NCBI GenBank assembly: GCA_023386585.1
Contig: JAEWJM010000011.1
Location: 397-64,396, forward strand
Length of the DNA: 64,000 nt
From: Bacteroidota bacterium
Lineage (GTDB): Bacteria; Bacteroidota; Bacteroidia; Flavobacteriales; Flavobacteriaceae
Direction of reading: 5' to 3'
The notes beneath the pieces were generated by a model. It worked only from the letters and a program-made list of their open reading frames with translations. It had not been told where the DNA came from and did not search any database. Positions 19,550 through 28,531 of this stretch are shown here, one piece after another; position 1 is the first letter of the stretch, and every line of letters begins with the position of its first letter. The translations under genes were made by a program, and so were the position numbers.

Positions 19550-20917
19550 ATGGTTGCAGCACATTCAGGGAGATATTCAAAATACATCAGACCGATCAGC
19601 ATCACAATTGACCTTTGTGTCATTTCGCTGCTCGCAGTGTATTTTTTTCGCGAACTGAACCTTGACATGCACAATTACATCCCTTACCAGATAATCGGTT
19701 GGGGATTCATAGCGTACTTCACTAAGTTTTATGGGGTTTACCGCTTCACTACGCCGGTCGAGATTTTTTCGAAGCTGGTGCGGCAATCGGTGATTTACCT
19801 TCTTATCGTTATTGCCTTCTTTCCTTTTGCCAAACAGAGCATTTTCAGCGGAAAAGCGATCGCGATGTACATGGTGACCGCAGTTTGTACCATTACATTG
19901 GTAAAATTCCTGCTATTTTACTATCTGAAAAAGTACAGGATCGTTACCGGAAGCAACTTTCGCAATGCGGTGATCATCGGCTACACGCCCGAAGCAATTA
20001 AGCTGAAGGAGCTTTTTATGACCCGCCACGACTACGGTTACCGGTTTTTGGCCTTCTTTTCCGATAAGAAGCAAAACCAGTTCATTCATGGCAAAATCGA
20101 AGACTTGAAGCCGTACGTGATCGAGAATAAAGTCGACGAAATTTACTGCTCGCTAAACGAAATTACCAATGAGCAACTGAAAGACCTGGTTGATTTTGCC
20201 GATGAGAACAAGCGGGCGATCAAGTTTATTCCCGACACCAAAGAGATTTTTTCGAAAAACCTGAAGGTTGATTATTACGAATTTTTTCCGGTATTGTCGT
20301 TGCGAAAAACAACACTGCACGATCCGCTTACCAAGGTTTTCAAACGGGCATTTGACATTGTATTTTCACTTTTTGTGATGATTTTCCTATTGTCCTGGCT
20401 GGTTCCGATTTTGGCCATCCTGATCAAACTCGAATCGCACGGCCCCGTGTTTTTCAAGCAGGGAAGGCCGGGTATCGATGAAAAGGAATTCTTTTGTTAC
20501 AAATTCCGATCGATGAAAATGAATAAGACCACCGAGCAGGAAGCGTCTAAAAATGACCCTCGCGTAACGAGAATCGGACGCATTTTGCGAAAAACGAGCA
20601 TCGACGAAATGCCGCAGTTTGTCAATGTATTGATGGGCGACATGTCGGTTGTCGGTCCACGGCCGCATCTTTGGTCACAGAATAAAGCCTACGGAAACCG
20701 TATCAAAAAATACATGGTCCGACACTATGTAAAACCGGGAATAACAGGATTGGCGCAGGTTCGCGGATATCGCGGTGAAATCGAAACCGATGAAGACATG
20801 GTCAACCGCATCAAATTTGACGTTTTCTACATTGAAAACTGGTCTTTGATCCTCGACCTGAAAATCATTCTTCAAACCGTGATCAACATATTCAAAGGCG
20901 AAGAAAAGGCGTATTAA
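19550..20917 (+). CDS. Polyprenyl-phosphate hexose-1-phosphate transferase (WbaP/WcaJ-type initiating enzyme)
   Basis: N-terminal TM bundle plus a C-terminal bacterial sugar-transferase domain: KRAFDIVFSLF..., DPRVTRIGRILRKTSIDEMPQFVNVLMGDMSVVGPRP. Confidence 0.9.
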   Translation: MVAAHSGRYSKYIRPISITIDLCVISLLAVYFFRELNLDMHNYIPYQIIGWGFIAYFTKFYGVYRFTTPVEIFSKLVRQSVIYLLIVIAFFPFAKQSIFSGKAIAMYMVTAVCTITLVKFLLFYYLKKYRIVTGSNFRNAVIIGYTPEAIKLKELFMTRHDYGYRFLAFFSDKKQNQFIHGKIEDLKPYVIENKVDEIYCSLNEITNEQLKDLVDFADENKRAIKFIPDTKEIFSKNLKVDYYEFFPVLSLRKTTLHDPLTKVFKRAFDIVFSLFVMIFLLSWLVPILAILIKLESHGPVFFKQGRPGIDEKEFFCYKFRSMKMNKTTEQEASKNDPRVTRIGRILRKTSIDEMPQFVNVLMGDMSVVGPRPHLWSQNKAYGNRIKKYMVRHYVKPGITGLAQVRGYRGEIETDEDMVNRIKFDVFYIENWSLILDLKIILQTVINIFKGEEKAY

Positions 20918-22095
20918 AAGACACCAAGCGCAATCAACTGGTCGATTTGCAAATCGAGGTTAAAATGCGAATCTGCATGTTTTTTTATTCTACTTCGCAT
21001 CTCATGCAGCGCCGGCCTTCCCAAATGTGAAATTTCCTGAAGCTTGCGGTTTAGCTGTTCGTAATCGCCAACTTCGGCCACCCAACCCAGATTATTGTCA
21101 GCAACGATCTTATTTCCTTCGCCACCGCCAAAATACAGTATGGGAATTCCCAAAGCGCTGTATTCAAAAATTTTCGAAGGAACTGATCCGTAAATCCGCT
21201 TCACCAAGGGCACAACGGCGACATCAAAATCCGAAAGCCGGTTCAGCAGTTCCTGTCTGTCAAGCATTCCGTGAAAAAAGATTTGCTTTTGCGGATTCCC
21301 CTGCAGCAACGCTTCGACACGAGTTCTTTCGGCGCCGTTACCAAAAACATGCAGCTCCATCTCGTTTGGCAGATCGATTTTTTCACACATTGATGCAACA
21401 CCCTGCGCGACTCCGAGCAAGCCGGCATAAAATAGTTTTATGTTTCCCTCGGCATTCGACGGAGGCGAGACGGCAATTTCATGATCCGGAAAATTCCGGT
21501 ATAAATAGCAAGGCTTTTCGGGAAACTTTTCACGGATATGGGCGATGATTTCCTCCGATTGTCCGAGGACGAGGGACGAATGTTTGTAAATGTAACTTTC
21601 GAGGAAAAGTGAAAAGCGGTGTGAACGGGATCCATGTTTTAATGCATCCAATTCAATTGCCGCAAGCGGCCACAAGTCCGATACGTTGAGGATGATTTTC
21701 TTTCTCTTTAGGGAAAGGACAAAAACACTGATGAAAGACAGCAGCAGCGGCGGTGATTGCACGACCACCTTTTTAGGAGTTTTTTTAAAGACCAGAAATA
21801 AAAAGAGGCCGATTGAAAATGATAAAATGGATAAGATCCTGTAAAAAATGTTCTTGCTGTTACTAGGGTAAATCCACAGCCGGTTGACTTTTACGCCATT
21901 ACGGATTTCTGTCGACGCGAATTTTCCGCGATACGCTTTGAAGATTTTGCCGTCCGGATAGTTAGGCAGCGGACAAACTACTGAAACCTGGTAATTTTTT
22001 TGTGCCAATTTTAATGCGAGCTGCTCAATCCTGTTTGCCGCCGCACCTTTTTCAGGCGGATAATAATTGGATACGATCAGGATTTCTTCCTTCAT
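20914..22095 (-). CDS. GT4 glycosyltransferase (WbuB-like)
   Basis: ILIVSNYYPPEKGAAANRIEQLA at the N-terminus and YGSVPSKIFEYSALGIPILY at the C-terminus. Confidence 0.8.
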   Translation of the reverse strand: MKEEILIVSNYYPPEKGAAANRIEQLALKLAQKNYQVSVVCPLPNYPDGKIFKAYRGKFASTEIRNGVKVNRLWIYPSNSKNIFYRILSILSFSIGLFLFLVFKKTPKKVVVQSPPLLLSFISVFVLSLKRKKIILNVSDLWPLAAIELDALKHGSRSHRFSLFLESYIYKHSSLVLGQSEEIIAHIREKFPEKPCYLYRNFPDHEIAVSPPSNAEGNIKLFYAGLLGVAQGVASMCEKIDLPNEMELHVFGNGAERTRVEALLQGNPQKQIFFHGMLDRQELLNRLSDFDVAVVPLVKRIYGSVPSKIFEYSALGIPILYFGGGEGNKIVADNNLGWVAEVGDYEQLNRKLQEISHLGRPALHEMRSRIKKHADSHFNLDLQIDQLIALGVF

Positions 22096-23177
22096 TTCGA
22101 GAGTAAGATATCAATGATCCGCTCGGAAGCCTTTCCGTCCCAAAGTGGTGGAATTCCCGTTTCACCTAATCCGTTTTGAAGGAAATTGCTGAAATGCTTT
22201 TCAAGGTTTTCAACTGTTATTCCAACTAATGTATTCGTTCCGATGTCTTGCGTTTCCGGCCGTTCGGTGTTTTCACGCATCGTAAAACACGGAATTTTCA
22301 GCACTGTGGTCTCTTCCGAAATTCCACCCGAATCGGTGATGACCGCAAAGCTGTTTTTTATCAGATACATGAACGAAAGATATCCTTGCGGCTCAGTGAA
22401 GATTATGTTTTGAAACTGCAAATTGCTGCTTTCGAGGATTGCCCGTGTACGCGGATGTACCGGGAAAACCACCTTTTTATTGCCTGCAAGTTTGTCTATT
22501 CCGATCAGCAACTTTCGAAGCGAATGTTGTTCATCGACATTTGACGGCCGATGTAGAGTCAGCACAATATAATATTCTGGCTGAAGTGACAGCTCGTTCC
22601 AAAACGCAGGCTGTTGTATGCGGTCGAGGTTTCCAAGTAAGGTGTCGATCATGACGTTTCCGACAAAATGGACATTTTCGGCCAGCGCACCGCTTCGAAT
22701 CAAATTCTCCGACGCCGATTGCGAAGTTGTAAAGAAATAATCGGTTATGCTGTCGGTTACAATTCGGTTTATTTCTTCAGGCATCCGCATGTCACCCGAG
22801 CGGATTCCCGCTTCCACATGAGCAACTTTGACGTTCATTTTCTTGGCGACGATCGCACAAGCCATTGTCGAATTCACATCCCCAACCACCAGCACAACAT
22901 CGCACGGATTTTCGGAAAGCTCTTTTTCAAAAGCGATCATTATCGCCGCCGTTTGCACCGCCTGCGAACCGCTTTTTACCTCGAGATTATTATCGGGTTC
23001 GGGAATTCCGAGCTCTTCAAAAAAAGTATCGCTGAGGTTTTTATCGTAATGCTGGCCCGTATGCACGAGGCGGTAAGCTACTTCGGCGCCCTTCGCCTTT
23101 TTTGTTGCAATCGCCTTTATTATGGGTGCGATTTTGATAAAATTCGGTCTGGCGCCGGCAACAATCGTTATTTTCAT
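22092..23177 (-). CDS. UDP-sugar 2-epimerase, divergent second copy (GARPxFIK type)
   Basis: MKITIVAGARPNFIKIAPI, VVGDVNST, HVEAGIRS, TDSGGISEETT. The stop overlaps the downstream ATG (ATGA). Confidence 0.85.
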   Translation of the reverse strand: MKITIVAGARPNFIKIAPIIKAIATKKAKGAEVAYRLVHTGQHYDKNLSDTFFEELGIPEPDNNLEVKSGSQAVQTAAIMIAFEKELSENPCDVVLVVGDVNSTMACAIVAKKMNVKVAHVEAGIRSGDMRMPEEINRIVTDSITDYFFTTSQSASENLIRSGALAENVHFVGNVMIDTLLGNLDRIQQPAFWNELSLQPEYYIVLTLHRPSNVDEQHSLRKLLIGIDKLAGNKKVVFPVHPRTRAILESSNLQFQNIIFTEPQGYLSFMYLIKNSFAVITDSGGISEETTVLKIPCFTMRENTERPETQDIGTNTLVGITVENLEKHFSNFLQNGLGETGIPPLWDGKASERIIDILLSK

Positions 23178-24496
23178 TTTTGTTTTTCAATTAGCGAAAC
23201 AAACTGCTTTAGTTTGCCCGATGCGGTTCGCTCAAGTTTTTCCTGCCGAATAAAGCGGAATGTAAGTCCGTCCTCAAGATAAGTCGCCAAAACGCGCTCC
23301 ATATTTGTGATTTCGTCTTCGTTCAGCGGGTTTTCACTGGTATATCGGATTTCAAAAGTATCTAATTTTGTTTGCCAAATCACGAATTCCTTTACATTTC
23401 CTTCATCGCCGAACAATGCTTTCGTAATTGAATAGAATGTCATTCCTGCGGGTTTTTTTCCACTAGGAAGCAACGCAAAATCGTTTGTCCGCCCAGACAA
23501 TTTTTGTAAAATCGGATATTTCGCGGTGCTTTCAGTATCCAGGATGCCAGTATCACCAACATCATATCGGATCATCGGATGCGCTTTGTTATAAAGCGAA
23601 GTCACCACGATCCGGCCTTCTTCGCCATACGGCAGCGGCATTCCGGTTTCATCTACGATTTCCACAAACGTAGTTTCAGCATTGACCACCCATTTGCCGT
23701 CCGGATTTTCAAAAGCAATGACGTCGAGTTCAGATGCCCCATACTCATTGACAACCGGAATTCCGAATTGGTCGCGAAGCAATTTCCGATCTTCATCCAA
23801 AAGCATTTCCGAAGTGACGATGCAAACCCGCAGAGTCGGACAGATATTTTTCAAGATCAGGCCTTTTTTGCTGAGGTACTTTGCGATCAGGACGATTGGA
23901 CTTGTGTAACCGTTAATGTAGGTGAAAGGGCGTGTTTTGAATTCGGCAATTATTTTTTGAATTCCGCTATCCGACAAATCGAAGATGCTGAACCGGTAGC
24001 GATTGCTTAAAAAGTCCTTGACGCGCAAAATCTGCTTTGCCGGAAAATGAAGCGGCATTCCGTAAAAACGCGCCTGATACGAATGATTAAAATCGATTCC
24101 GTACATCGCGAATCGGCGCATTATGTTGGCCCAGATCAGGGCATGGCAAAACTTATCCTTTGCAAAAACGAACGGGTCGCCCGAAGAGCCTGAGGTTTTG
24201 TTGATGTAAACACTTTTCGCACTAAATCCGTCCGAAAGGCGGTCATTGAGTGGCCGCTGAAGATCGCGCTTCATCATTATCGGAAGCTGCTCCCACGATT
24301 TGAAGTCGTGATTTCCTACAAGATTTCGGTAAAACGAATTGTGTTGAAGATGGTATGTCGCGATTTCGCGCTTTTTAGTGTCCAGAAATTGAGCATAATC
24401 CGCAGCAGAAACAGCCGTGATTTGCTGTAATCGCTGTTTTGCCTTCCCAATCGGAAAACCGTTGAGCTTCAGGGAAAGATCAAATAGCTTGGCCAC
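23174..24496 (-). CDS. Adenylate-forming enzyme of the phenylacetate-CoA ligase (PaaK/CapK/F390-synthetase) family
   Basis: NKTSGSSGDPF, NEYGASE, RYDVGD and a C-terminal SGKLKQF. GTG start at 24496. The stop overlaps the ATG of the epimerase gene. Confidence 0.8.
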   Translation of the reverse strand: MAKLFDLSLKLNGFPIGKAKQRLQQITAVSAADYAQFLDTKKREIATYHLQHNSFYRNLVGNHDFKSWEQLPIMMKRDLQRPLNDRLSDGFSAKSVYINKTSGSSGDPFVFAKDKFCHALIWANIMRRFAMYGIDFNHSYQARFYGMPLHFPAKQILRVKDFLSNRYRFSIFDLSDSGIQKIIAEFKTRPFTYINGYTSPIVLIAKYLSKKGLILKNICPTLRVCIVTSEMLLDEDRKLLRDQFGIPVVNEYGASELDVIAFENPDGKWVVNAETTFVEIVDETGMPLPYGEEGRIVVTSLYNKAHPMIRYDVGDTGILDTESTAKYPILQKLSGRTNDFALLPSGKKPAGMTFYSITKALFGDEGNVKEFVIWQTKLDTFEIRYTSENPLNEDEITNMERVLATYLEDGLTFRFIRQEKLERTASGKLKQFVSLIEKQK

Positions 24497-24510
24497 GCTT
24501 TAAATTTTAT

Positions 24511-24518
24511 CAAAAATA
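24511..24518 (-). promoter_or_regulatory. -7 box TATTTTTG
   Basis: Exact minus-strand match 14 nt upstream of GTG 24496. Confidence 0.4.
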
Positions 24519-24590
24519 GCATTTACGATTTAACGCGGGGCAACGGCTCGATTTTTTGATTTTAAATTATTTTATCGTTTTAAAAGCCTG

Positions 24591-24598
24591 TAATTTTG
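24591..24598 (+). promoter_or_regulatory. -7 box TAATTTTG
   Basis: Exact match 20 nt upstream of ATG 24619. It lies inside the 5' extension of the track ORF. Confidence 0.45.
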
Positions 24599-24618
24599 GA
24601 AATCGAAAAAAATCACCC

Positions 24619-25899
24619 ATGACCATTTTACTTTTAGGATCCGGAGGCAGGGAACACGCTTTTGCCTGGAAAATGCTTCAGAGTCCGCTTTGCACTCGTC
24701 TGATTGTTGCTCCAGGAAATGCAGGAACTGCTGCTATTGCTGAAAATGTCGACCTAAATCCGCTGGATTTCGAATCGTTAAAAAGCTTCGTTCTTTCCGA
24801 AAACGTGAAGCTGGTCGTGGTTGGCCCCGAAGATCCTTTGGTTGCTGGAATTGTCGATTTTTTTGCGCAGGATTTACAGCTCGCCGAAATCCCCGTGATT
24901 GGACCGTCAAAGCTCGGCGCCCAGCTCGAAGGAAGTAAGGAGTTTGCGAAAGAGTTTTTGGTACGTCATAAAATCCCAACTGCCCGATATGCAAGTTTCA
25001 CTGCCGAAAATGTCGAATCGGGAAAAAAGTTCCTCGAAACATTGAATCCGCCTTTTGTTTTAAAAGCAGACGGACTCGCAGCGGGGAAAGGTGTTTTGAT
25101 TCTGAACGATATTGATGAAGCAAAGTCGGAGTTGGAAAATATGCTGCTAAAATCGAAGTTTGGAAGCGCGGGATCAAAAGTGGTAATCGAAGAGTTTTTG
25201 GACGGAATTGAATTGAGTTGTTTTGTTTTGACAGACGGATCGACGTATAAAATTTTGCCGACTGCGAAAGATTACAAGCGCATTGGAGAAGGCGATACGG
25301 GCCTGAACACCGGCGGAATGGGTGCGGTGTCACCGGTTCCTTTTGTCGATGCGAGATTGATGGAGAAAATTGAGCAGAAAATCGTCAAACCAACGATTGC
25401 CGGTCTTCAGCACGATGAAATTGGCTACAAAGGCTTTTTGTTCATCGGACTGATTAATGTGAAAGGCGAGCCAATGGTTATCGAGTACAATGTCAGGATG
25501 GGCGATCCGGAAACGGAAGTTGTCATCCCGAGGCTTAAATCGGATCTGGTTGAAATGTTCCTCGCGGTTGCGAACGACAGCCTTTGGGAAACGTCTTTGG
25601 TGGTGGATGAAAGAAGTGCCGCAACAATTATGTCGGTTTCAGGCGGTTATCCGGAGGCTTATGAAAAGGGAAAGCTTATAAGCGGACTCGAAGCGGTTGA
25701 TGGTTCGATTGTCTTCCACGCCGGAACAAAACCGGTGAATGGCCAATCATTTACGAATGGCGGTCGCGTACTGGCTGTAACATCGTATGGCGCCAACTTT
25801 CAGGAAGCCATAAAAAAATCGTATCAGAACCTTGAAAAAATCAAGTTTGATACGATGTATTTCAGGAAGGATATCGGCTTTGACTTAGTCGAAGAATGA
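24619..25899 (+). CDS. purD: Phosphoribosylamine--glycine ligase
   Basis: MTILLLGSGGREHAFAWKM..., ATP-grasp core, end-to-end PurD pattern. Confidence 0.95.
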   Translation: MTILLLGSGGREHAFAWKMLQSPLCTRLIVAPGNAGTAAIAENVDLNPLDFESLKSFVLSENVKLVVVGPEDPLVAGIVDFFAQDLQLAEIPVIGPSKLGAQLEGSKEFAKEFLVRHKIPTARYASFTAENVESGKKFLETLNPPFVLKADGLAAGKGVLILNDIDEAKSELENMLLKSKFGSAGSKVVIEEFLDGIELSCFVLTDGSTYKILPTAKDYKRIGEGDTGLNTGGMGAVSPVPFVDARLMEKIEQKIVKPTIAGLQHDEIGYKGFLFIGLINVKGEPMVIEYNVRMGDPETEVVIPRLKSDLVEMFLAVANDSLWETSLVVDERSAATIMSVSGGYPEAYEKGKLISGLEAVDGSIVFHAGTKPVNGQSFTNGGRVLAVTSYGANFQEAIKKSYQNLEKIKFDTMYFRKDIGFDLVEE

Positions 25900-26115
25900 G
25901 TGAGCCGTTGTATCCTGATTTTCTTCGTTGTTCTGCTCGTGTAGTTTCAGCTGCTTGATCCAATAAAGCATCGCTACTGCGCAAATCAGCATCAGGATCC
26001 AGTTGATCATATTTGCCGCGAACCAGCTTTTCAGCTCAAGTCGCCTCAGGGCGTCGTGCGGGATAAATAAAAAGTCAACGAACAGGGTTTGGATTCCTTC
26101 AAAAAATGCTCTCAT
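25885..26115 (-). CDS. Small membrane protein (76 aa)
   Basis: MRAFFEGIQTLFVDFLFIPHDALRRLELKSWFAANMINWILMLICAVAMLYWI. The start is set at 26115 because a -7 box lies at 26144-26151, inside the longer track ORF. Confidence 0.55.
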   Translation of the reverse strand: MRAFFEGIQTLFVDFLFIPHDALRRLELKSWFAANMINWILMLICAVAMLYWIKQLKLHEQNNEENQDTTAHSFFD

Positions 26116-26143
26116 CTTTGAACAAGTGTTATATTTACAATTA

Positions 26144-26151
26144 CAAAAGTA
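26144..26151 (-). promoter_or_regulatory. -7 box TACTTTTG
   Basis: Exact minus-strand match 28 nt upstream of ATG 26115. Confidence 0.4.
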
Positions 26152-26163
26152 TAAAATATCCGC

Positions 26164-27087
26164 ATGATTACAAGCCTTTTTAAAAAATCTACACCACTGA
26201 ATTACGGGCTGATCATTGTAGCGATATTCGTATTTTTTTTTGTTTACCAGATCGGCCACGCGAACAGCGCTTCGGGAACCCTGATTGCCCAGATCGGCAT
26301 GTTGCTGATTATTTACGCGTCACTATTCATCGCGAACTTCATTATCAAGCGAAACGGTTTGGGTAAAGACAGTGCTTACACCGCGCTTGCGCTGCTGCTT
26401 TTTTTTCTGTTCTTTCCGGCAGTGATGAACAGGCCAAACCTGCTGTTGTCGAACTTTTTTATTTTGCTGGCGTTGCGCAGACTGATTTCAATGCAATCAA
26501 TGAAGGCTACGAAAGAAAAGATTTTTGATGCCTCATTGTGGATTTTTGTTGCTGCTCTTTTTCACTTTTGGAGCATACTTTTTATCATCCTGGTATTTCT
26601 GTCGATCTTATTCCACGTGTCGCGCGACTATCGGAACTGGGTGCTTCCGTTTATCGCCTTGCTTGCAACTGGACTTCTGGTGCTGTTGTATGCATCGGTT
26701 TTTGATGAAAGCCTGATTGGTTGGATCCACAGCCAAACGGCGACAAGTCTAAAAATTAACTACTTTACCGATTCGTCGCAAAATCTTGCGCTGTCGGTTT
26801 TCTCCAGTGTTTCGCTCTTCTTCGCCGCTTCAATGCTGCTGACGCTAACAGGCAGGCCGCTGGTATTGCAGTCGTCGTTTAAAAAGATCTTCGCATGCTT
26901 TATTATCGGCGTGGCAATTTGGGTGATTTCGCCGAACAAAAGTAATGAAATGCTGATTTTTACTTTCGCCCCGCTCGCCTTTATGGCTACGGCGCACATC
27001 GAACTTCCGACGGGACAGATAAAAAAGGAGGTGACGCTGGCACTATTTATCGCGTGCGGCCTGTTTTTGTTCTTCCTTCAGTTATAA
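26164..27087 (+). CDS. Polytopic membrane protein of unknown function
   Basis: 307 aa with about 9 hydrophobic helices. I recognise no catalytic motif. Confidence 0.65.
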   Translation: MITSLFKKSTPLNYGLIIVAIFVFFFVYQIGHANSASGTLIAQIGMLLIIYASLFIANFIIKRNGLGKDSAYTALALLLFFLFFPAVMNRPNLLLSNFFILLALRRLISMQSMKATKEKIFDASLWIFVAALFHFWSILFIILVFLSILFHVSRDYRNWVLPFIALLATGLLVLLYASVFDESLIGWIHSQTATSLKINYFTDSSQNLALSVFSSVSLFFAASMLLTLTGRPLVLQSSFKKIFACFIIGVAIWVISPNKSNEMLIFTFAPLAFMATAHIELPTGQIKKEVTLALFIACGLFLFFLQL

Positions 27088-27735
27088 TTTATTTCCGTAG
27101 GCCAAGTCTCCGGCATCGCCGAGTCCGGGAACGATGTAGCTTCGTTCGTCAAGCCGTTCGTCAAGCGATGCGACCCAAAGATGGCAACTTGATGGCAGGT
27201 TTTCTTTGAGAAATGCAATTCCTTCGGGTGCGGCAATTACGACTGCAATATGGATTTCCTTCGGTGTTCCTTTTGAGATCAGATGGTTAAAAACGGCGAC
27301 CATTGATCGGCCGGTGGCAAGCATCGGATCAACAAGCAACAGTGTTTTCCCATTGATGTCGGGCATGGCCTGATATTCTACCAGAATGTCAAATTCATTT
27401 TCGTTTGATTCATGGTGCCGATATGCTGATACAAAGCCGTTTTCGGCATCGTCGAAGTAATTCAGGAAACCCAGATGCAGCGGCAAGCCTGCGCGAAGTA
27501 TTGATGAAAGGACAATGGGCGATTTTATTTTTGAAGTGGATTTCGTTCCGAGTGGAGTTGGAATCACAACAGGTTCGTAATCAAAACCGCGGCTCATTTC
27601 ATAGGCCATAATCTCGCCGATTCGCTCGATGTTTCTGCGGAAACGCATGCTGTCTTTCTGCACGCCGACATTCCGGATTTGTGCCATAAAATGGTTAAGT
27701 ATGCTGTCGGATTCAGAAAGGAGATGGATTTGCAT
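27082..27735 (-). CDS. upp: Uracil phosphoribosyltransferase
   Basis: LVDPMLATGRS (PRPP loop) and YIVPGLGDAGD. Started at MQIHLLSE, which trims the track extension. Confidence 0.9.
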   Translation of the reverse strand: MQIHLLSESDSILNHFMAQIRNVGVQKDSMRFRRNIERIGEIMAYEMSRGFDYEPVVIPTPLGTKSTSKIKSPIVLSSILRAGLPLHLGFLNYFDDAENGFVSAYRHHESNENEFDILVEYQAMPDINGKTLLLVDPMLATGRSMVAVFNHLISKGTPKEIHIAVVIAAPEGIAFLKENLPSSCHLWVASLDERLDERSYIVPGLGDAGDLAYGNKL

Positions 27736-27772
27736 TGAGGAAATAAGTTTTCGGGGATAAAAGTATAAAAAG

Positions 27773-27780
27773 TATCTTTG
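27773..27780 (+). promoter_or_regulatory. -7 box TATCTTTG
   Basis: Exact match 19 nt before ATG 27800. Confidence 0.45.
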
Positions 27781-27799
27781 CGTTTCTAAATGCTGACTT

Positions 27800-28405
27800 A
27801 TGTTTTCACAAATGGCCTTCTCTGTTTTTGAGCGTAGCATTCACGATTATCACGTGCATGACAACGTTGACCAGCCGGTAGATAATCCCTATCCGAAAGA
27901 AAAAATTGAGCACCTTCTTTACCTCAAAAACTGGATTGACACCGTTCAATGGCATTTTGAAGACCTTATCCGCGACCCGCAGATTGATCCCGTTGCGGCA
28001 TTAAAGCTGAAAAGGCGGATTGACGCTTTTAATCAGGAGCGCACCGACATGGTCGAATATATTGACAGTTATTTTCTTCAGCATTACCAACATGTGACTC
28101 CCAAAGAAAATGCAAAGATCAACTCGGAGAGCCCCGCGTGGGCAATTGACCGGTTCTCAATCCTGGCACTGAAAATCCATCATATGCGGGAAGAAGCCGT
28201 GCGTCAGGAAGCTACTCCGGAGCATCGCGCTGCATGCCAGTTAAAATTGGATATTCTTCTGGAACAAAGAAAGGATCTTGCCACTGCGATTGATGATTTG
28301 CTTGCAGACATTGAATCGGGAGAAAAATACATGAAGGTTTACCGCCAGATGAAAATGTACAATGACGAAGCGCTGAATCCGGTTTTGTACCAGGCAAAAA
28401 AATAA
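27800..28405 (+). CDS. DUF4254-like protein
   Basis: 201 aa, helical. The pattern and its position next to a GT9 gene match what I remember of DUF4254. This is assigned from memory, not from a search. Confidence 0.6.
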   Translation: MFSQMAFSVFERSIHDYHVHDNVDQPVDNPYPKEKIEHLLYLKNWIDTVQWHFEDLIRDPQIDPVAALKLKRRIDAFNQERTDMVEYIDSYFLQHYQHVTPKENAKINSESPAWAIDRFSILALKIHHMREEAVRQEATPEHRAACQLKLDILLEQRKDLATAIDDLLADIESGEKYMKVYRQMKMYNDEALNPVLYQAKK

Positions 28406-28479
28406 ATCCGTAGCATTTTAACATTAAAGGATCGGAAACCGTTATTTCGTTGGTCTATTAAAATAAAACTTTGACACAC

Positions 28480-28512
28480 AAACCTTTGAGGTTTTCAAAA
28501 CCTCAAAGGTTT
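28480..28512. repeat. 33-nt perfect palindrome (16-bp arms around a single C)
   Basis: AAACCTTTGAGGTTTT-C-AAAACCTCAAAGGTTT. It lies 75 nt after the DUF4254 stop and 20 nt before the GT9 start. Confidence 0.9.
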
Positions 28513-28531
28513 ATCAAGTTAACCCAAGCCC

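Noticed and set aside
24556-24618. N-terminal extensions in the ORF track (also 18472-18564, 27736-27840, 42686-42736, 51292-51369, 58090-58227, 51268-51315 and 26116-26259)
   Set aside because: The homologous proteins start at the internal Met. The extensions contain a -7 promoter box, a terminator or the upstream gene's end, so the shorter starts were used.
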